From an uncultured Spirochaetota bacterium (GTDB taxonomy: Bacteria; Spirochaetota; Spirochaetia; SZUA-6; Fen-1364), in assembly GCA_963820525.1 (NCBI GenBank), contig CAWGAA010000003.1:576001-640000 (forward strand): 64,000 nucleotides of DNA, read 5' to 3'. This document shows, one piece after another, positions 40,538 through 50,313 of this stretch. The notes beneath the pieces are model-generated. The model did not search any database. It had not been told where the DNA came from and saw only the letters and a program-made list of their open reading frames with translations. Numbering within the stretch: the stretch's first letter is position 1; every line of letters starts with the position of its first letter. The position numbers and the translations under genes are program-made.

Positions 40538-41622
40538 GCACTGTCCTCTACCTCGACCTGGTGAACGGCGCAAGCGGGGACATGCTCCTCGCCTCGCTTT
40601 TGGACCTCGGAGTCCCGGTGGAGAAGCTCACGGCGGGGCTCGGGCTCTTGAACCTCTCCGGCTGGTCGCTTTCCGCGAGAAAGAAGGTCTCCCGCGGGAT
40701 ATCCGGCACCAACGTCGAGGTGCGCGACGACTCCGCATCCCATCCGGCGCGACACCTTGCGCAGGTGCGGGACATCATCCTTTCAAGCGCGCTTTCGGAG
40801 GGAGTGAAGGAAAGGGCCTTCTCCGTTTTCGGAAGGCTTGCCCGCGTGGAGGCTTCCATCCACGGCATCCCCGTGGAAAAGGTCCATTTCCACGAGATCG
40901 GCGCCGTGGACAGCCTCATCGATATCGTGGGGTTCATCCTGGGCCTCGAGCTTCTCGGCGTGAAGCGTGTCTGCTCCTCCGCGGTCCCCCTGGGAAGCGG
41001 AACAATCGAAACCGAGCATGGGACGCTTCCCGTGCCCGCCCCGGCCGCCCTTGCGCTCCTGGCCGAAGCCGGGGCGCCCACGAGGCCTCACCCGGCCCAG
41101 ACCGAGATCCTCACTCCCACGGCTGCGGCGCTTCTTGCCGAGCTTGCCTCATTCTCTTTTCCGCAGATGAGCCTGCGGGGGGTGGGTTACGGCGTGGGCG
41201 CCCGGGAGTTCCCCTGGGCGAACATTGTCCGCGCATGGCTGGGAGAGGACGGCGTGAGTGCCGCTCTTGAGGCGCTCGAGGCCGTCATCACCATAGAGTG
41301 CAATATAGACGACTCGGGCGGCGAGGCGCTCGGTTTCGCGCTGGAGCGGCTTCTGCGGGCGGGCGCCCTGGACGCCTGGTTCACCCCCATCCAGATGAAA
41401 AAGAACAGGCCGGCGGTCATGCTTTCGGTTCTGGCGCGTCCCGAGGACTCACAGCGCCTGGCCGAGCTGGTTCTGCGCGAGACCTCGACCCTGGGGGTGC
41501 GAATTTCTCCCCCCTGTCCCGTTTCTCCCGAATATGAAGACTGCGCGCGAATCGCGCGCGAGAAGGGTCTCCCCCTCAGTCAGGTCATGGAAGAGGCCTC
41601 CCGCGCCGCACGCGGGACGTGA
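40534..41622 (+). CDS. larC: nickel pincer cofactor nickel insertase LarC (short C-terminal domain)
   Basis: GASGDMLL, VHFHEIGAVDS, HGTLPVPAPA, TPT, ECNIDD, MKKNRP, ETSTLGVR, PEYED. Confidence 0.88.
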   Translation: MSTVLYLDLVNGASGDMLLASLLDLGVPVEKLTAGLGLLNLSGWSLSARKKVSRGISGTNVEVRDDSASHPARHLAQVRDIILSSALSEGVKERAFSVFGRLARVEASIHGIPVEKVHFHEIGAVDSLIDIVGFILGLELLGVKRVCSSAVPLGSGTIETEHGTLPVPAPAALALLAEAGAPTRPHPAQTEILTPTAAALLAELASFSFPQMSLRGVGYGVGAREFPWANIVRAWLGEDGVSAALEALEAVITIECNIDDSGGEALGFALERLLRAGALDAWFTPIQMKKNRPAVMLSVLARPEDSQRLAELVLRETSTLGVRISPPCPVSPEYEDCARIAREKGLPLSQVMEEASRAARGT

Positions 41623-41710
41623 ACGGTCCGCGGTAGGGCGGCTGCTCATCCCGCTTTCCCGGCATAATCAAACCCCGTATATTCTGGTGAGAGAGGAATG
41701 TCGTGGGCCC

Positions 41711-41998
41711 ATGTATCATGTCGGCGAACGTTGGCTCATCCGTTGCATGAAAGGCGATAGCGCGCAAACACGGGACGGGGTGCTCTTCAAGAATCACCAG
41801 GCCGGGGAGGAGCGCGCGGGAGCCCTCCGGGGTATTGCCGAGCTCTCCGACGGCAACCCCAATCCAATCCTGCGCATCTTGAGGGACGGCACGATCCTGG
41901 GCCTCCAACGCGTCCAGGGCAATTACTACGGCCGCCCGGCCCTCGCGGAGGTGATCGCCCCCCTGCTCGCGAAGGGAAGGTGGGACGAGACGGGGTAG
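41711..41998 (+). pseudogene. collapsed PAS...EAL signalling gene remnant
   Basis: PAS-start-like NPNPILRILRDGTI joined directly to the EAL C-terminal motif LGLQRVQGNYYGRP. Confidence 0.5.
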
Positions 41999-42064
41999 TC
42001 TCTCGCCGCTTCGCCCTGTGCGGGCGCGAGTGAAGAGCAGTATATTCGACAGGGAGGAGAAAAA

Positions 42065-42556
42065 GTGCCCGGGATTCAAAAAGGCGACGATGTCCGCTGG
42101 AAAAACGGGATACAACAAGATGGAGCGGCGGCGTGGGGTGGGAGTATCGCGTCCGTCGGCACGGAGCTCGATTTCATTGGGGTCGAAACCATCGAGCCCC
42201 ATGTCAAGGACCAGCTCCAAATGGATCTCGCGAAGGGCGACTCTGCGCTCACCGTTCGATTCCTGGGCAAGAGCCTCCTGCGCAACCCTGGGGAGTTCAT
42301 GACGCCGCTCCTCCTGCGGGCCCTGGCCGATGCCGCCGTAGAGAAGAAGAGGCTCGTCATGGACTTTCGCGGCCTGTCCTACATGAACTCATCCACGCTC
42401 ACGCCGGTGATCAAGATTCTGGAGAGAGCGAGACAGAGCGGCGGGAAGATCTCCGTGCAGTATCGCAAGTCCGTGAAGTGGCAGGAAATCTCCTTCTCCG
42501 CGCTCATCATATTCGAAACGCAGGATCAGAGGATCACGATCGAAGGGTGGGGTTGA
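42065..42556 (+). CDS. SiaC/STAS-like small phospho-acceptor protein (start uncertain, possibly ATG 42221)
   Basis: VRFLGKSLLRNPGEF...LVMDFRGLSYMNSSTL...WQ. Confidence 0.6.
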   Translation: MPGIQKGDDVRWKNGIQQDGAAAWGGSIASVGTELDFIGVETIEPHVKDQLQMDLAKGDSALTVRFLGKSLLRNPGEFMTPLLLRALADAAVEKKRLVMDFRGLSYMNSSTLTPVIKILERARQSGGKISVQYRKSVKWQEISFSALIIFETQDQRITIEGWG

Positions 42557-42557
42557 G

Positions 42558-43970
42558 GTGCAGCAATCGCTTCCGATTTTCGATGGATGGCTCACGGCGG
42601 GAAACACGAGAAAGCGGATCAAGGCGCGGTTCGCTTCCGCGCACTCCCTGTGGGTAGAGCTGGAGCCCGGAGCAATCGGCGAGCACATCGAGAACCTCGA
42701 GCTGGCGGTGGAGGACAAGATCGTCGCCATCGGGTCGTGCCGGGAGATACCGGAGCCGGATGCCCCGAACGGCATGCACCGGCTTGTTCCCGTCGCGGAC
42801 ATCTTCGATCTGAAGAAGCTCTTCTTCAAATCCCAGATCGAGACCCTGGAGTCCGCAACCCTGAATCTCTCCCTGGCCCTCGGCTACAAGAAGAAGATCG
42901 ACCACGCGTTCCGCCAGTTCGTGTCCGATCTCACCTACGATCTGAACGTGTACATGAGCATGCTGGACCGCATGGATTCGGAGGGTGAAGGAGAGCCTCC
43001 CGCCGTCGCCGGGCTCGTGCAGGAGCGCATCATCGAGGGAGTGGGCCCGCGGCTGTCGGCGTACATGGATGAGAGCCTCGAAGAGCTCCAGCGCATCGTC
43101 TCGGGCTTCAGCGAAGAGGAGCACCTGCACCATGGGCTCTACTTCCGCAGGCAGCTGTGGAACATCATCCTTCGCGCCCCCATCATGGCCAGGACCAATC
43201 TCAAGCCGCGGGGATACGCGGGGGATTCGGAGATGATGCGCATGATCTATCTCGACGGCTACCAGGGGGATTCCACCTTCGGAAGGATCCTCCACAGGCA
43301 CGCCGTCGGACTTCCCGCCGCCGAGGCCATCCGAAAAAGGCGGACGGACGTGGCCTCGATGATCCACCGCTACATGGAGGAGTGTCACGTGCCCCCTTCC
43401 CAGAAGGTGAGAGTGCTCTCCGTGGGATGCGGACCCGCCTTGGAGGTCAGGGACATCATCAGGAACAGGCGCGACAGCGCCGCCGTGCATTTCTCCCTGC
43501 TGGATCAGGACCAGCAGGCGCTTCTGGAGGCGGCGGGGCTCGTTGACGAGATGGAAAGCTCGCTCGATATCGAGATCTCGGTCGATTTCATCCGCGAATC
43601 GGTGCGCACCATGCTGGGAACCGATGAGCTTCAGGAGAGATGGGGCAAGTTTCATTTTATCTATGCAATGAGCCTCTTCGATTACCTCACCTTGCCCACC
43701 GCAGTCGCCGTCATCAAGAAGCTGTATTCCCTGCTCAGGCCCGAAGGAGAGATGGTGATCGGCATCTTCTCCCAGGAAAACCCCACCCGCTTCTACATGG
43801 AGTACTGGCTGGATTGGAAGATCTTCCACCGCACGAGGGCGGATATGGATCAGCTGGCCTCCGGGCTTGCCGGCGCGCGTACCGAGCTCCAGCTCGACGA
43901 TACGGGGATCCAGATGCTCATGCGCGTAAGAGGGGAGGAAGCACAAGGCCATGGAAGTCAGGCGAAATGA
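42558..43970 (+). CDS. class I SAM-dependent methyltransferase, PhcB-like
   Basis: KPRGYAGDSEMM, RVLSVGCGPALE, LLDQD, FIYAMSLFDYL, MEYWLDW. Confidence 0.8.
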   Translation: MQQSLPIFDGWLTAGNTRKRIKARFASAHSLWVELEPGAIGEHIENLELAVEDKIVAIGSCREIPEPDAPNGMHRLVPVADIFDLKKLFFKSQIETLESATLNLSLALGYKKKIDHAFRQFVSDLTYDLNVYMSMLDRMDSEGEGEPPAVAGLVQERIIEGVGPRLSAYMDESLEELQRIVSGFSEEEHLHHGLYFRRQLWNIILRAPIMARTNLKPRGYAGDSEMMRMIYLDGYQGDSTFGRILHRHAVGLPAAEAIRKRRTDVASMIHRYMEECHVPPSQKVRVLSVGCGPALEVRDIIRNRRDSAAVHFSLLDQDQQALLEAAGLVDEMESSLDIEISVDFIRESVRTMLGTDELQERWGKFHFIYAMSLFDYLTLPTAVAVIKKLYSLLRPEGEMVIGIFSQENPTRFYMEYWLDWKIFHRTRADMDQLASGLAGARTELQLDDTGIQMLMRVRGEEAQGHGSQAK

Positions 43971-44331
43971 GCGAAAGAGGCTGATCTACCACCTGCGGGT
44001 ATTCGACGCCGACAGCGGCAAGCTGTTGGGACACCTGGTCAACATAACCACCAGCGGCATGATGCTGATCGGAGAGAGCCCCATTCCCGTGGATACGGCC
44101 TTCTCCCTGAGGATGGACCTTCCCAGGAACGTCATGGCGGACGCCAGCCTGAAGTTCTCCGCTGAGAGCAAGTGGTGCCGCAGGGAGGCAGGAGGAGAGT
44201 TCTTCAGCGTGGGGTTCCGCGTCTCCAGGATCTCTCCCGAAGGGCTGGCGGTTGTCCAGCAGCTGGCGAAGGATTTCTACCAGGAAGAATACGAGGAAGA
44301 GCCGACGGCGGACATGAATCCGTCGCTGTGA
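43951..44331 (+). CDS. single-domain PilZ protein
   Basis: RRNER (RxxxR) and NITTSG ([D/N]xSxxG-like) motifs; C-terminal GFR. Confidence 0.9.
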   Translation: MEVRRNERKRLIYHLRVFDADSGKLLGHLVNITTSGMMLIGESPIPVDTAFSLRMDLPRNVMADASLKFSAESKWCRREAGGEFFSVGFRVSRISPEGLAVVQQLAKDFYQEEYEEEPTADMNPSL

Positions 44332-44339
44332 GGTGGGCC

Positions 44340-45815
44340 TCAGCTCACGATGGTGAAGACGGCGAGGCCGATGAACAGAACGACGACACCGAGCTTCACC
44401 TTGCCCATGTGGATCTGGAACAGGCGCGTTATCCCCGCGGAGCTCACCCCGGCGTAGCTCGCGCCAAAGACGGCGAGCAGGGGGAGGATGAAGCAGAAGT
44501 TGTACAGCGCCAGAAGCCCAACGGTAGAAGCGCTCGTCCTCACGCGGGCCAGGTAGGTCAGGATGGGCAGGTACACCTGTCCCGTGCAGGCAAACTCGAA
44601 AATGGAAACAAGGAAGCCGAGCGCGAGGGAGCTGCCTGCGAGCGTTGCGGTCCGGACGCGCGCGCGGATCGATCCATGGATCCGCCTTTTCAGGGCGGAG
44701 GGAAGCTGGAGCAGGATCTCGGTGGGGCGGCCGCGGCGGATGAGCACGTAGTCATAGAGGCTCAGGCCCGCCACCGCGAGGAGCGCCGCCGCCAGCGCCC
44801 AGCGCAGGATTGCCGAGACAATGGAGAACGCCGCGGCCGCCCTGAGCGCGGCGAAAAAGCCGAGCCCGATCGCGAAGTACGTGAGAAAGACCGCGAGGGA
44901 AAACAGCAGGCCGAGGATGAACACCTCCCGCCTGCCCCGTCCCGCGAGCGCCAGGGAGGCGAGGAGGAAGATGAGAGTCGTGAAGGCGCAGGGGTTGACC
45001 CCGTCGACGAGGCCCCCGGCAACGGCGACCGGCACGGCGAGCCTTCCCGCCGCCTGCCCACCGGAGAGCGGCGCCCCCGCCGGCGAGGAAAAGCCGCCGG
45101 CGGCGATCAAGCGGAGCTTCCCGGCCAGCTGCTCGCGAATCTCCTTCTCGCCCTGAAGGATATCGCCGGCCACCGCAAGCACGGGTACGGTGCGCAGGCT
45201 CTGACCCCGCGCCCGAAGAAGCGCGCCCAGCTCCTCGTATGCCGTGGGCTGGAGGATGTCTTTCCTTTCCACGGTTATCTGGCGGCCGATCTCTCGCGAA
45301 AGCCGGGGAACCTCCACGGAAAGAAACTCTTCGCAGCTCTTGCAGCCCGGCGTGTAGTAGTAGGAGATCGCTATCCCAGCGGTGGGCCCGCCGCCCGTGC
45401 CGGAAAGCGACAGACGCCCGGAGGAGCTCTCCCCGCGGACAGTGGCGAAGAGGGAGTAGGGCTGCAGCTGGGGGGACGGGCGGGCCGTACGGACGATGAA
45501 ATCCTTTCTCACTAGCCCCACGTCATCCGATGAATCGTAGCCGAGGCGGAAGCTCCCCGAGGAGCGAGGGGCAAGGCTGAGCGTTTCAGGTTCCGCGCTC
45601 AAGCAGGAGCAGGTGGGGACGAGCGAGACGGAGACTGCCGTTGGAGCGGGATTGGAGACGGTGAGGACGATCTGGATCTTCTCTCCCCGCGCGATCATTC
45701 CCGCCTTCCATTGCGGCGGAGAGAAGGTGAGAGCGGCCTGGGCGGAGAGCCCGCCGGCGATGAGCGCCAGACACGCGAAAACGCATCCGGCGAGCCGTAC
45801 CGTTCGCGATTCCAT
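44340..45815 (-). CDS. Ig-like (DUF1573-like) + thioredoxin-like + DsbD/CcdA-type membrane protein
   Basis: PTCSCL, YYTPGCKSC, GLVDGVNPCAF, EFACTGQVYLP. Confidence 0.8.
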   Translation of the reverse strand: MESRTVRLAGCVFACLALIAGGLSAQAALTFSPPQWKAGMIARGEKIQIVLTVSNPAPTAVSVSLVPTCSCLSAEPETLSLAPRSSGSFRLGYDSSDDVGLVRKDFIVRTARPSPQLQPYSLFATVRGESSSGRLSLSGTGGGPTAGIAISYYYTPGCKSCEEFLSVEVPRLSREIGRQITVERKDILQPTAYEELGALLRARGQSLRTVPVLAVAGDILQGEKEIREQLAGKLRLIAAGGFSSPAGAPLSGGQAAGRLAVPVAVAGGLVDGVNPCAFTTLIFLLASLALAGRGRREVFILGLLFSLAVFLTYFAIGLGFFAALRAAAAFSIVSAILRWALAAALLAVAGLSLYDYVLIRRGRPTEILLQLPSALKRRIHGSIRARVRTATLAGSSLALGFLVSIFEFACTGQVYLPILTYLARVRTSASTVGLLALYNFCFILPLLAVFGASYAGVSSAGITRLFQIHMGKVKLGVVVLFIGLAVFTIVS

Positions 45816-45827
45816 GCCGGTTTGAGA

Positions 45828-46349
45828 TTATGCGGGACGGCTTCCCGGCCGGCGATCCCCGCGCTTCGCCTTCGAGAGCTCCGCGATGAGCAGGAGCGCG
45901 CAGCCGACCAGGATCGAGAGATCGGCGAGGTTGAAGATCCCCGTCCTGATCCCGCCGATCCCGATATTGATGAAATCCCCCACCCGGCCGTCGGAGCGGA
46001 TCCGATCTATCAGGTTGCTCCCGCCTCCCCCGGCGATGAACGCCAGACCGATCAAGACGATGGGGAGCACTTCTTTTTTCCGTAATAGGAAGACGGCGAT
46101 GATGGAGAGAACGACGATGGGAAGACCGATGAGGGCGATCCTGCGGACGATTTCTGGCAGGCGCGATCCGAGGCTCAGGAACGCCCCCGTGTTCTCGACG
46201 TACTGCAGAACCAGAACGTCCGCGACGAGGAAGACGGTTCCTGCGTCCTTCAGGCGCGACCTGGCTATGGATTTCGTCCCCTGATCGCAGCCGATATTCA
46301 TGAAGACGATGAGGAGAACGAGGATCAGCCGCGCGAGCCTTTTCGTCAT
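45828..46349 (-). CDS. lspA: lipoprotein signal peptidase II
   Basis: DQGTK, NTGAFLS, GGGSNLIDR, DF, FNLAD. Confidence 0.93.
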   Translation of the reverse strand: MTKRLARLILVLLIVFMNIGCDQGTKSIARSRLKDAGTVFLVADVLVLQYVENTGAFLSLGSRLPEIVRRIALIGLPIVVLSIIAVFLLRKKEVLPIVLIGLAFIAGGGGSNLIDRIRSDGRVGDFINIGIGGIRTGIFNLADLSILVGCALLLIAELSKAKRGDRRPGSRPA

Positions 46350-46481
46350 TTGCCGTGTTCCTTTCTCAAGCGAGAGTAATCGCACGGGCGGTTCGTTTCA
46401 AGTCGGCGGCGGCCGGCAAGCATCATCCGTTTTGTCGTCCGTCGATATCGATTCGGCGCCCGGCTTCGCGCGCCGTCGGAT

Positions 46482-49235
46482 CTAGTGCGTTCCGTTTTGC
46501 GAGCTTCCCAGGTACTCCTCATAGGAGGTATAGCCTTCGTCGGGCTGCTTCTTCTCATCCAGGAATACGACCTTGTTCCTGGTGAGCTTGGCCGCATAGA
46601 GAGCCCCATCGGCCCTCTGGACCCCTTCGTTCATATCGGCGATTCCGCCGGCGTCCGCCACTCCGATGGAGAGGGTGCCGCAGGGTTCCTTCCTCTCATC
46701 CGAAATCAGCTTGACCCCGATGAAGGCCCCCTTGAGCTGGAGGTTCTGCTCCTGCGTGAAGCGCAGCCGCTCCGCCATGACAATTCCCGTGTGAAGGTCC
46801 GAGGGGATGGCGAGGAGGATCTCCTCCCCTCCGTAGCGCACCGCGAGATCTCCCTCCCGGATGTTGTCCAGGATCATGGCCGCGGTCTCCTTGAGCACCT
46901 CGTCGCCGTCGGGGTGGCCGAGCTCGTCGTTCACCCACTTGAAGTGATCGATGTCGATCATGAGAAGCGTGAGCGGCTTTCCCTCGGCGCGCAGCTTGTC
47001 CATCCGCCGGGGAAGCTCGGAGAGGAAGTAGTTCTTGTTCTTCAGGCCCGTGAGGGTATCCACGAACTGACCGGGGAAGTCCTCCGTGAGGCGGTTCTGC
47101 AGCATGAGCAGGGAATCGCGGCCGCGCTCCTCCTTCTCCCGTATCCACACGCGCTTCTCCTCTTCCGCGGCCACCGCCATCGCATGGCTGCTCTGCGCCA
47201 CGAAGCTCTTCCTGTCGTTGAGCAGGTAGCAGTAGAGGTCCGCGATGCCGCGGAAAACATCGAAGAAGACCACCTGCGCGATGGCGGGGATCTGGGAGGA
47301 GGCCCGGCGGTAGCGCGCCTCCACGTAGCGGCGCACCTGCCGCGTGACGGGCCTGTAATCGGGGGAGCCCACCTGGGAGCGCGCGGCGAAGTCCACCACG
47401 GGAGCGGATCCCAGGTCTTCGGCCAGCTTCATGCGAAGCGGGTCCTCGGCGTCGATGAGATCGGGGTTGATGGTGTCCCCGATCTCGGAGAGGAGCTGGT
47501 TCAGCCGCTCGGCCAGCTCGAAGAGCTCGGGGGCGTCCGAAATGTCGCGCTCCGCGAGCAGGTGCCCGAAGTTCTTGATGGCGTGGTTTCTCAGGCGGTT
47601 TGCCCGCTCCTCGATGCTTCGCGCCCGGAGGCTTTCGCGGAAGATCTTCACGTAGCGCGGATCCCCCGATGTCTCCATGGAAAGCTCGTGGATCTCGTCG
47701 AGGTACGGCTCGAAGAGGGTGCCGTATGCGTCCTTCCAATCGTCGCGCAGGCTCGCAACGACCGTGCCCAGGCCGTCCCTGGCGAGGATCGTTTCCATTC
47801 GGTAGCCGTCCACGGAGTCGAGCAGGTCGTCGACGATCATGTGCACGATGATGATGAGGCTCATCACGTCCCCGGAGGCGAGAATCTCCAGGTCCGCCGT
47901 CCGTCTCTGGAGGATCGGATGGCGTGAAAAGACGCGGTTCATGAAGTAGGGCAGGACGAACTCGCCCTGCTCCACCCGCTCGATCCCCGAATCGGGGAAG
48001 AGCGCGGAAAGCGTCGCGAGGGTTCCCTCGAAGCGGTAGGAGAACTTCTCCAGCTTCTCCTGCTCCAGCCGCTCCAGCTCTTTCTCCTTCTGCTCACGCA
48101 GCGCCTTCTCGCGCATCTCCGCCAGGCGCTGCTGGAAGCCCTCGTAGGTGAGGATGTTCTCGTCGCGCAGATCGAGAAAGGCGAAGATCTTCGATTTCTT
48201 CAGCGGCGTATCCTCATCCTCCTCGTAGAATGAGGCGATCATCTTCAAGAGCGCGGGGTAGAGCTCGTGTTTGAAGACGGCCAGGTCCTGGAACGCCGCG
48301 CGGAAGAGGGTTTCGGCGTCGGAGAGCTCCGCCAGGGCGTTCGCCCGCTTGTCGTGGACGAGGTTTACCTCCTTCACCACGTCGAACAGGGCGTCGAGCG
48401 TCTCCGCCTCGATCCCCTCGGTGATGAGGATCATGCGGTAGGCTTCCTTCACCGCCCGCGCAAGCGCTGAAACCTCGACGCGCAGGTCCGCCTTGAGGCT
48501 CGCCCAAACGTACTCGAGACTTCGCCGCAGCATCTCGCTGGGCTCGCAGAACGGCCCGAAGAGCTCCAGCGCGAACGGCTCGCGCACCCCGAGGCTTCGC
48601 CGCACCTCCTGCTCGACGTTCCTGGCCCTCTCCCTATCCATGATCCTGCGGGCCGGGAGGCCGCCGCCGAGAAGCCTGCGGGAGGAGTAGCGCAGGGCGT
48701 CGACCGTATCGATGAGAGAGTAGTCGAAGGGGTTGGCAACCAGGAATCCCCTGCGCTCGCCCAGCAGCTTGAGGAACTCCCTGCTCGCATAGTCCTTGCG
48801 GCTCTTGTCGAAGATGCCCAGGAGGTCATTGACGATCTCGGAAAGGCGCGCCATCTTGAAGCCCCGCGCGAATGCCCACCTGTTGATCTTGCGCCGGAGG
48901 CGGGGAGCGAGGGGCGGCAGCCAGTCCATCGCCCTTCTCTTGAGGTCCCCCTCGGGGCCGATGTCCGCCACGCCGAGCTTGCCCGCGCCTTCGAGGCCCC
49001 AGGAGGCGAGGGCGGATTTCGCTCTCTCCGAGCGCGAAGCGGTGCGGCGCTCAGACAGATCCCGCCGGCTCTTCAGGCGGGAGAGCATGGCGGAGGATCG
49101 CCGCCTGGCCTCCTCCTCCCCATAGCCCCGGTCGCGAAGGTTCTTGTAGACCTTTTCGATCTCCTGCCGCGACACGCCCTTGCTGAGCAGGTGCTTGTAG
49201 AGATCCTGGCTGTCTCGATCCGAAGTCGGCATCAC
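46482..49235 (-). CDS. diguanylate cyclase with a large unrecognised soluble N-terminal region
   Basis: DTLTGLKN, MIDIDHFKWVNDELGHPDGD, REGD I-site, RYGGEEI, ADGALYAAK. Confidence 0.88.
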   Translation of the reverse strand: MMPTSDRDSQDLYKHLLSKGVSRQEIEKVYKNLRDRGYGEEEARRRSSAMLSRLKSRRDLSERRTASRSERAKSALASWGLEGAGKLGVADIGPEGDLKRRAMDWLPPLAPRLRRKINRWAFARGFKMARLSEIVNDLLGIFDKSRKDYASREFLKLLGERRGFLVANPFDYSLIDTVDALRYSSRRLLGGGLPARRIMDRERARNVEQEVRRSLGVREPFALELFGPFCEPSEMLRRSLEYVWASLKADLRVEVSALARAVKEAYRMILITEGIEAETLDALFDVVKEVNLVHDKRANALAELSDAETLFRAAFQDLAVFKHELYPALLKMIASFYEEDEDTPLKKSKIFAFLDLRDENILTYEGFQQRLAEMREKALREQKEKELERLEQEKLEKFSYRFEGTLATLSALFPDSGIERVEQGEFVLPYFMNRVFSRHPILQRRTADLEILASGDVMSLIIIVHMIVDDLLDSVDGYRMETILARDGLGTVVASLRDDWKDAYGTLFEPYLDEIHELSMETSGDPRYVKIFRESLRARSIEERANRLRNHAIKNFGHLLAERDISDAPELFELAERLNQLLSEIGDTINPDLIDAEDPLRMKLAEDLGSAPVVDFAARSQVGSPDYRPVTRQVRRYVEARYRRASSQIPAIAQVVFFDVFRGIADLYCYLLNDRKSFVAQSSHAMAVAAEEEKRVWIREKEERGRDSLLMLQNRLTEDFPGQFVDTLTGLKNKNYFLSELPRRMDKLRAEGKPLTLLMIDIDHFKWVNDELGHPDGDEVLKETAAMILDNIREGDLAVRYGGEEILLAIPSDLHTGIVMAERLRFTQEQNLQLKGAFIGVKLISDERKEPCGTLSIGVADAGGIADMNEGVQRADGALYAAKLTRNKVVFLDEKKQPDEGYTSYEEYLGSSQNGTH

Positions 49236-49290
49236 CTACCAGTATACCATCCCGGGCGGCGTGCGTCGAAGGACGGCCGCAGGGGCCCGC

Positions 49291-50313
49291 TCAGGCGGTG
49301 AGGCGCCGGAGGAAGGAAAGAACCTCGTCGGTCCTGCCGGAGAAGGCCCACAGGGAGCTTTTCCACGAAAGCTTCTTCTTCCCCGTCGGGCCTCCGGCGG
49401 CGGGAGAGCGGAACCCAAGCTCGCAGGAGGGGGCGTGAAACCCGGCGCAGGCAAACCCCAGCACCCCGCCCAATACGCCGCGCTGAACGGGCTCGCGGGT
49501 GTACTGCCCCGGCGGGGCCTTCTCGAACTCCTTGAGCACGAAGGTGGCCCGCCCCGTTTCCCTGTTTTCCAGGAAATAGGCGCCGCGGCTCTTGGTTTCC
49601 ACGGCGTCCAGCCACGCCCGGATGAGCTTGTCCCCCCGGCATGGGATCACGGCGCACCCGTCGGCCAGCTCCACCATTCCCGCGGGCAGCCCCGTGAGCC
49701 CCGTGTCGGCCCAGTACCTTTGAAGAGGCAGACGGGCCTGGCCGCCCACCTTCAGGCACGTGGCGTTCCACAGCCCCACCGCCACGGGGGAATCCTTGAC
49801 CTCCAGCACCGTCTCCTCGTCGTAGCCGGCCTGCCGAAGGTAGGTGGTGCCCCAAAGGGCGGCGAGCTCCTTCTCCCCGTAGACCCTGATCCGCCGAAGG
49901 ATGCGAAAAGAGATCCGCGCTCCCGCGCGATAGGCCCACAGATCCCCCTGGTTCTCCATGCTGGAGAAGCCCTTTTCATCCACCGCCGTGTACGCGCCGG
50001 GGTCGAGGGAGTGGGGCACCGTGAAGGTTTCCGATGGGCGTTCCGCGTCCGGGATGAAGAACTCGCTCTCGGGGCACAGCCACATGCGGTCTCCCCCCGG
50101 ATTGACCCATTCGGTCTGCTTGGCGCCGATCTGCAGAGAGCGGAAGAAATCGGGGTTGATCCAGAGGGCATTGTCCCCGCGCCAGTATGGCCACAGCCCG
50201 AGGACCCTGCCGTATTCCGGCAGGAGGAGGGCCGCGCCGTCCGTGCCGGTCTCCAGGACCTTGTACTGGATGCCCAGGGCATTGAGGTTCCTGACGGTAT
50301 CCTCGAGGCTCAC
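49291..50313 (-). CDS. hypothetical protein (beta-sandwich/mutarotase-like; DUF6786-like is tentative)
   Basis: GTG overlaps the upstream stop; YGRVLGL, LWINP, NPGGDRMWLCPE, ELGFRSPA. Confidence 0.6.
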   Translation of the reverse strand: MSLEDTVRNLNALGIQYKVLETGTDGAALLLPEYGRVLGLWPYWRGDNALWINPDFFRSLQIGAKQTEWVNPGGDRMWLCPESEFFIPDAERPSETFTVPHSLDPGAYTAVDEKGFSSMENQGDLWAYRAGARISFRILRRIRVYGEKELAALWGTTYLRQAGYDEETVLEVKDSPVAVGLWNATCLKVGGQARLPLQRYWADTGLTGLPAGMVELADGCAVIPCRGDKLIRAWLDAVETKSRGAYFLENRETGRATFVLKEFEKAPPGQYTREPVQRGVLGGVLGFACAGFHAPSCELGFRSPAAGGPTGKKKLSWKSSLWAFSGRTDEVLSFLRRLTA

